The translations under genes and the position numbers were made by a program. A DNA stretch of 64,000 nt. It comes from Elusimicrobiota bacterium (GTDB taxonomy: Bacteria > Elusimicrobiota > JBDRON01). This document shows positions 59,055-64,000 of the stretch, piece after piece. Numbering within the stretch: the stretch's first letter is position 1; each line of letters begins with the position of its first letter. The stretch is taken from NCBI GenBank assembly GCA_043810025.1, contig JBDRON010000053.1, positions 462 through 64,461 of the forward strand, given 5' to 3'. The notes under the pieces were generated by a model that was given only the letters and a program-made list of their open reading frames with translations, was not told where the DNA came from and did not search any database.

Positions 59055-60131
59055 ATGGATGATAATTATTCCGGTTTAATTGAGCGGTATCGGGCCTATT
59101 TGCCGGTGTCGGAAAAAACTCCGGTGGTGACACTTTTGGAGGGGAATACAGCTTTGTTATTTGCTCCCAAGTTGAGCAAGCATTTGGGGTTGGAGAAGAA
59201 ACTGGAGATTTATCTGAAGCTGGAAGGGCTGAACCCGACCGGTTCTTTTAAAGATCGGGGGATGACGCTGGCCATTTCCAAAGCTTTGGAAGAAGGATCG
59301 CAGGCGGTAATTTGCGCTTCCACCGGAAATACCTCGGCTTCCGCGGCGGCTTACGCGGCTCGGGCCGGGATAAAATGCGTGGTGTTGATCCCGGAAGGGG
59401 CGATCGCTTTAGGGAAGCTTTCCCAGGCCATTATGCATCATGCCTTGGTTTTAGCGATAAAAGGAAATTTTGATCAGTGTTTGCAATTGGTCCGGGAAAT
59501 TACCCAAAAATCTCCGATTACTTTGGTGAATTCAGTTAATCCTTACCGGCTGGAAGGACAAAAAACCGGGGCGTTTGAAATCGTTGATGTCTTAGGCGAT
59601 GCCCCTGATTTTCAGTTTATTCCCGTGGGTAATGCCGGCAATATTACGGCTTACTGGAAAGGATACCGGGAATACCAGGCCAAAGGGAAATCGAACAAAT
59701 CTCCGAAGATGATGGGGTTTCAGGCGGCCGGGGCGGCCCCGATTGTCCAAGGGCATCCCGTAGCTAATCCCCGGACGATTGCCTCAGCCATCCGGATCGG
59801 TAATCCGGCTTCCTGGAAAAGCGCCGTTCAGGCTCGGGACGAGTCCGGCGGAATAATCGACCTGGTTACCGACGATGAAATTGTAGCGGCCTATAAAATT
59901 GTTGCCCAGTTGGAAGGTGTATTTTGCGAGCCGGCTTCCGCGGCTTCGGTTGCCGGATTAATCAAATATACGGAAAAGGGATATTTCAAAACAGTGGAGA
60001 AAGCGAAAGCGGTTTGTATCCTTACCGGTAACGGTCTAAAGGATCCGGATACGGCGATTAAAGTGGCTAAACCGTTCAAAAAAATTCCGGCGCAATTAGA
60101 GGAAGTATTGAAAGAAATCGGGGTTAATTAA
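59055..60131 (+). CDS. thrC: threonine synthase
   Basis: PLP-lysine motif PTGSFKDRG. 358 aa. Confidence 0.93.
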   Translation: MDDNYSGLIERYRAYLPVSEKTPVVTLLEGNTALLFAPKLSKHLGLEKKLEIYLKLEGLNPTGSFKDRGMTLAISKALEEGSQAVICASTGNTSASAAAYAARAGIKCVVLIPEGAIALGKLSQAIMHHALVLAIKGNFDQCLQLVREITQKSPITLVNSVNPYRLEGQKTGAFEIVDVLGDAPDFQFIPVGNAGNITAYWKGYREYQAKGKSNKSPKMMGFQAAGAAPIVQGHPVANPRTIASAIRIGNPASWKSAVQARDESGGIIDLVTDDEIVAAYKIVAQLEGVFCEPASAASVAGLIKYTEKGYFKTVEKAKAVCILTGNGLKDPDTAIKVAKPFKKIPAQLEEVLKEIGVN

Positions 60132-60156
60132 ATTTCAATGTGATAGTGATGTCAGT

Positions 60157-60240
60157 TGTAGGGAACGGTCGTGACCGCACCTTATATAAACCAAAGAGAA
60201 AGAGACCAGTTGTAAGGAACGCATATATGCGTTCCCTGCA
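60157..60240. repeat. pair of REP-like palindromes (degenerate GGAACGGTCGTGACC copy, then TGTAAGGAACGCATATATGCGTTCCCTGCA variant) upstream of the DUF3467-cinA unit
   Basis: 60157-60181 and 60211-60240. Preceded by the head motif AATTTCAATGTGATAGTGATG. Confidence 0.6.
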
Positions 60241-60281
60241 AAATTTAAAATTTTTAATTCTTTAGAGACAGGGGAGGAGAG

Positions 60282-60590
60282 ATGGCCGAGCAAGATAAAC
60301 AGCCGGAGAAACAGTTGGAGATTGAAATTGACGAGCTTACTGCGCAGGGGGTCTATGTAAATTTAGCCTCGATTACCCATTCTGAGGCGGAGTTTATCCT
60401 GGATTTTATTTTTATCCGTCCGGAAGGCGGTAAAGCCAAGGTGCGGGCGAGAATAATTTCCTCTCCCACCCATACGAAAAGATTGATGTTGGCGCTGAAC
60501 GAAAATATGAAAAAATATGAAGAGAAATTTGGGCCAATCAGTTCCGCTCCGCTTACCGGAGAGCAGAAAAAGGTTGGGTTCTATCATTGA
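60282..60590 (+). CDS. DUF3467-like small protein
   Basis: 102 aa. Conserved core GVYVNLASITHSEAEFILDFIF. Confidence 0.45.
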   Translation: MAEQDKQPEKQLEIEIDELTAQGVYVNLASITHSEAEFILDFIFIRPEGGKAKVRARIISSPTHTKRLMLALNENMKKYEEKFGPISSAPLTGEQKKVGFYH

Positions 60591-61840
60591 ATGTGGAATT
60601 GATTTGTGTCGGCAGTGAACTGTTAAGAGGAAAAAACGACCTGCATGGCCGGTTTATCGGTTTACGCTTAGCCTCCTTAGGGTTAAGTCTGCGGCGGCAA
60701 ACCTTAATCGCGGATAATCAAGGGCTGATTAAGGAAACCCTAAGCGAAGCCTTGAAACGGTCTTCGCTGGTTTTGGTCACCGGCGGATTAGGACCGACCT
60801 TCGATGATTTAACCCGCCAGTCGGTGGCTGAGGTTGTTGGCCGCCGGTTAATTTTTAATCCAGGTTTATTGACCCAGATTAAAGAGCGTTTTAAAACCCT
60901 GCATCGCCGGATGCCCAAGTTTAACCGCGGTCAGGCCGATGTGATCGAAGGAGCGAAAATTATTCCCAATAATTTTGGCACGGCTCCGGGGATGATTGTG
61001 GAAACCGGAGCAGCCACGATCGCTATCCTTCCCGGACCGCCTCAGGAAATGCAGCTGATGTGGGATAAATATGTATCCCCTTATTTGCAGGAGCATTATC
61101 AATGCCTACAAACGGCAAATTGTATTTTACGTCTTTGCGGACTGCCGGAATCAGCGGTCGATGAAAAAATTCGTCCGATCATTGAACAGGAAAAAAAGAA
61201 ATTTAAAGAAGCAATTAATTTCATTATTCTCGCTCATCTTTCTGTAGTGGAAATACAAATCAGTCTGGTTGGCATAAAAAGTAAAATCGCCAAAGAATTG
61301 GAGCGGATTAAGAAAAAATTTTATTGTCTGTTTAAAGAAAATATTTTTGCGGAAGGGCATGCAGTTTTGGAGGAAATAGTCGGTGGTCTGCTGCGAAAAA
61401 AAAATTTGACGATCGCTGTGGCCGAATCGTGCAGTGGCGGGCTGCTGGCTCACCGCTTGACTAATGTTGCCGGAAGTTCAAATTATTTCCAAGAAGGAAT
61501 TGTTGCTTACGCTAATAAATCCAAGATTGAACGACTGGGTGTCAAAGTGAAGACTTTAAAAGAGTTTGGGGCGGTCTCCGGCGAGGTTGCTTTGGAAATG
61601 GCTGAGGGGGTAAGAGAAAAACTGAATACCGATCTGGCCTTATCCGTTACCGGCATCGCCGGTCCGGGAGGAGCAACCAAAACCAAACCGGTCGGGGTTG
61701 TTTATATTGGCTTAGTAACCAAAAACACGAAAAGAATTTATCAAAATAAATTTCTGGGAACCCGCATCGAAATTAAAGAAAAAACCGCCATCTGGGCGCT
61801 TGATTTACTGCGCCGGGAACTGGTTGCTAAATTCAATTAA
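60587..61840 (+). CDS. cinA: competence/damage-inducible protein CinA (MoCF-like and NMN deamidase domains)
   Basis: MNVELICVGSELL N-terminus. C-terminal CinA domain (AVAESCSGG). Confidence 0.88.
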   Translation: MNVELICVGSELLRGKNDLHGRFIGLRLASLGLSLRRQTLIADNQGLIKETLSEALKRSSLVLVTGGLGPTFDDLTRQSVAEVVGRRLIFNPGLLTQIKERFKTLHRRMPKFNRGQADVIEGAKIIPNNFGTAPGMIVETGAATIAILPGPPQEMQLMWDKYVSPYLQEHYQCLQTANCILRLCGLPESAVDEKIRPIIEQEKKKFKEAINFIILAHLSVVEIQISLVGIKSKIAKELERIKKKFYCLFKENIFAEGHAVLEEIVGGLLRKKNLTIAVAESCSGGLLAHRLTNVAGSSNYFQEGIVAYANKSKIERLGVKVKTLKEFGAVSGEVALEMAEGVREKLNTDLALSVTGIAGPGGATKTKPVGVVYIGLVTKNTKRIYQNKFLGTRIEIKEKTAIWALDLLRRELVAKFN

Positions 61841-62204
61841 AATCAGTCCTTGATCAAAGACCAGATTTCCGGAAATAAAAAATCTGCCGAAGATTTAGGC
61901 CGGCAATTAGCCGCAAGAATCCTCAAAAAAGATTTTACCTGCCAGATTCTCGACAAGGCAAAGAGAGCTTAAAAATCCTCATGTTTTTGAGATTGTCCAA
62001 CAATAACCAGAAAAGGTAGCCGCAGGCTTTAGCCTGCGTCGTTATCCGACGGTAAGACTAACGTTGAAAAATCTGGCAAGCGGTGGGAAGTATAGTTGCT
62101 TTATAAGGCCTTTAAAGGTCGGAGATAATCTTTCATTAAGCATATTATGATTAAAGCAAGTTTCTCTTTTAAAAGCAAGTTTAAAACTGCAGGTTTTAAA
62201 TTCC

Positions 62205-62234
62205 TTGCTTTTAAAAGCTGGTTTTTTATATAAT
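62205..62234 (+). promoter_or_regulatory. promoter TTGCTT-18-TATAAT for the MNT/HEPN pair; a near-identical copy lies at 63803-63832
   Basis: Shared roughly 45-bp block ttgct(t/a)ttaaaagctg(g/a)ttttt(t/a)atataatcta. Confidence 0.45.
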
Positions 62235-62267
62235 CTAAGTTGTTGTTGTCGGATCAGGAGAAGATAA

Positions 62268-62588
62268 ATGGTTGAGAAAAAATTGATTACAGAAATTTCT
62301 GATAAAATAAAAACTTATTTTCACCCCCAGAAGATAATTCTCTTTGGTTCCTATGCCTGGGGCAAACCTAATAATGATAGTGATATCGATTTATTCCTGA
62401 TAATGGATTCTAATTTAAGAAGAGACGAGAGGGCGGTTCAGGTATCTGATCTTTTTCCTGACCGGACATTCCCTTTGGATATTATTGTATATACTCCTGA
62501 AGAGGTGGAAATGAGCCTGAAAAGGGATAATCCTTTCACGCGAGAAATTTTAACCAAGGGAAGAGTATTATATGAACAAAGACTCTAA
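62268..62588 (+). CDS. minimal nucleotidyltransferase (MNT) antitoxin-type protein
   Basis: Motif GSYAWGKPNNDSDIDL. Confidence 0.8.
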   Translation: MVEKKLITEISDKIKTYFHPQKIILFGSYAWGKPNNDSDIDLFLIMDSNLRRDERAVQVSDLFPDRTFPLDIIVYTPEEVEMSLKRDNPFTREILTKGRVLYEQRL

Positions 62589-62973
62589 AAATTATGAAGA
62601 CTGGTTCTTAAAAGCAGATCACGATCTAAAAGCGGCTGAGGCCATTTTAGACTATTACGAACAACCACCAACTGATACTATTTGTTATCATTGCCACCAG
62701 ACAGCGGAAAAATCATTAAAAGGTTTTCTTGTTTATAAGGAAGCAACATTACCAAAAATTCATGATTTGATAGCGCTGTTAAGCCTTTGTTTGCCTAAAG
62801 ATAAAACTTTAGAAATTTTAAGAAATGAAGTTAGGGCGCTTAATAAGTACTTTATCGAAACAAAATATCCAACAGATATGCCGATAGATTATCCCAAAGA
62901 AGAAGCGAAAGATGCGATAAGCAAGGCAAAATTTGTGATGGAAGTAATAAAAGAAAAGATTGGATTAAAGTAA
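62572..62973 (+). CDS. HEPN-domain protein (toxin partner of the MNT)
   Basis: 133 aa. HEPN-type helical protein overlapping the MNT gene. Confidence 0.7.
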   Translation: MNKDSKNYEDWFLKADHDLKAAEAILDYYEQPPTDTICYHCHQTAEKSLKGFLVYKEATLPKIHDLIALLSLCLPKDKTLEILRNEVRALNKYFIETKYPTDMPIDYPKEEAKDAISKAKFVMEVIKEKIGLK

Positions 62974-62987
62974 ATATTGGAGAAAAA

Positions 62988-63410
62988 TTAACGAATTGGG
63001 CGGTGTTCTGTTCGAAATTTTGTGTTTATTTTCTTCAAGACAAATTTTTTTACTTGCAGAGCCATTGTGTATGCTTCTTTTGCTTCTTCGATTGTGGGTA
63101 TGTAAAAATCATCGGGGTAACGAAATTCTACGGCGTATTCAGTTAAGATATCTGTGTTTTTCAGAGCCACAAATTCCGGATCTAAAGTCAAACAGGCCAG
63201 CAGAATTTTTTCGATCTTATGGGTTTTTTCCGGTTCAATATCTTTGAAAACCAGATAGGCTTTTAAATATTTTTCTATGGCCTGTTGAGCATGGAAGCAA
63301 ATAGCATCAGTAACGGGGTTAGCCGTTTTTAGATCTTTACCGGCTATGGTAAGATCGTTATTCGCTTTGATCATCCATTGTTGAACTTTTTCATTGATCA
63401 TTTCTGCCAT
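62988..63410 (-). CDS. HEPN-domain protein
   Basis: 140 aa. Paralogous to 62572-62973 (..CFHAQQAIEKYLKAYLV vs ICYHCHQTAEKSLKGFLV). Confidence 0.7.
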   Translation of the reverse strand: MAEMINEKVQQWMIKANNDLTIAGKDLKTANPVTDAICFHAQQAIEKYLKAYLVFKDIEPEKTHKIEKILLACLTLDPEFVALKNTDILTEYAVEFRYPDDFYIPTIEEAKEAYTMALQVKKFVLKKINTKFRTEHRPIR

Positions 63411-63721
63411 ATTATTTTCCCTTCCCGGTTAATTGCTCGGGAAATGGTGGGGAACAGCGTATCGGCGATATGCTTCTTTTGATCTTTTAATAAGACATCG
63501 GCGTTGTATCCAGCCAGGGCAATGTCCCAGCGCAAATCGGCGAGGGTTTTCAATTTTTCCTTCCGGTCATATTCTCTATTTGTTAGTATGAGAAAATCAA
63601 TATCGCTTCTTTCCCGCGCATCGCCCCGGGCATAACTGCCAAAAAGTATTACTTTAACAGCGTCTGGGATGTCTCGGAGTATAATATTTTTTATCGCGGT
63701 AAAATCTTTTTCTGTATACAT
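63398..63721 (-). CDS. minimal nucleotidyltransferase (MNT)
   Basis: Motif GSYARGDARERSDIDF. Confidence 0.8.
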   Translation of the reverse strand: MYTEKDFTAIKNIILRDIPDAVKVILFGSYARGDARERSDIDFLILTNREYDRKEKLKTLADLRWDIALAGYNADVLLKDQKKHIADTLFPTISRAINREGKIIWQK

Positions 63722-63802
63722 TATTTTCCTTCCTCAAATATCTTATACAAAATTAAAGAGAAAGAATCAATAAAAATTCAGGAATTACAGGTTTTTAATT
63801 GC

Positions 63803-63832
63803 TTGCATTTAAAAGCTGATTTTTAATATAAT
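63803..63832 (+). promoter_or_regulatory. second copy of the MNT/HEPN-type promoter block (TTGCAT-18-TATAAT), pointing toward the window end
   Basis: Near-identical to 62205-62234. No ORF is visible before the window ends. Confidence 0.35.
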
Positions 63833-64000
63833 CTATGGTAACATTGTTGTTATCGCTTACATCTTTTATCAAAGATTAATAATTTTGTGTTTTTTTACCC
63901 ACACTAAACCCAGTAGACCCCGGTTTATTAGTGATATTACTTTCAGTTTCCTTAGTGGAAGAAAGATTGATTGAAACTAAATAAGAATTGACAAAATATA

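Noticed and set aside
61841-61981. Possible ribosomal protein L18 fragment after cinA (translation ...SGNKKSAEDLGRQLAARILKKDF...)
   Set aside because: Only a short, weak resemblance to the L18 GNK..A...G...A...EKGI segment. Not enough to call a pseudogene.

Overview
This 64-kb window comes from a moderately AT-rich bacterium. The phylum cannot be assigned from sequence alone; the density of MITE-like repeats suggests an uncultivated or candidate lineage.

Housekeeping genes: mnmE, a CDF transporter, yebC-ruvC-ruvA-ruvB, rplU-rpmA, hom, thrC and cinA.

Metabolic and transport genes: a sugar ABC uptake set (substrate-binding protein, two permeases) with a GH35-like glycosidase and a distant ATPase, and a TonB-receptor/ZnuABC-like metal uptake operon on the minus strand.

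Accessory content is heavy and is where the novelty lies:
1. An SOS module, lexA followed by two tandem dinD-family genes.
2. Immediately downstream, a type I-C CRISPR-Cas locus (cas3-cas5c-cas8c-cas7-X-cas4-cas1) with a 4-repeat array. It has no cas2, the cas1 reading frame terminates inside repeat 1, and X is a third, divergent DinD/Bro-N-family gene inserted between cas7 and cas4 with its own 122-bp upstream region.
3. An AT-rich islet carrying an HD-domain (dGTPase/SAMHD1-like) phosphohydrolase paired with a Panacea (DUF4065)-like protein, a candidate new toxin-antitoxin or defence pair.
4. Two VapBC pairs, two convergent MNT/HEPN pairs, and a DUF433 antitoxin with a decayed DUF5615 partner.
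5. A fragmented secreted HEAT-like repeat protein gene.
6. Several gene remnants: a methyltransferase N-terminal fragment, and PhoU and response-regulator fragments.

The non-coding space is unusually structured. At least three repeat families recur in intergenic regions:
1. A roughly 130-170 bp mosaic multi-hairpin element, 7-8 copies, all in the same orientation.
2. A 30-bp REP-like perfect palindrome, 8 copies including a GCATATATGC-core variant.
3. A CCTCTCCCC/GGGAGAGG hairpin element, 2 copies.

There are also MITE-like insertions with terminal inverted repeats and several heptanucleotide tandem repeats.
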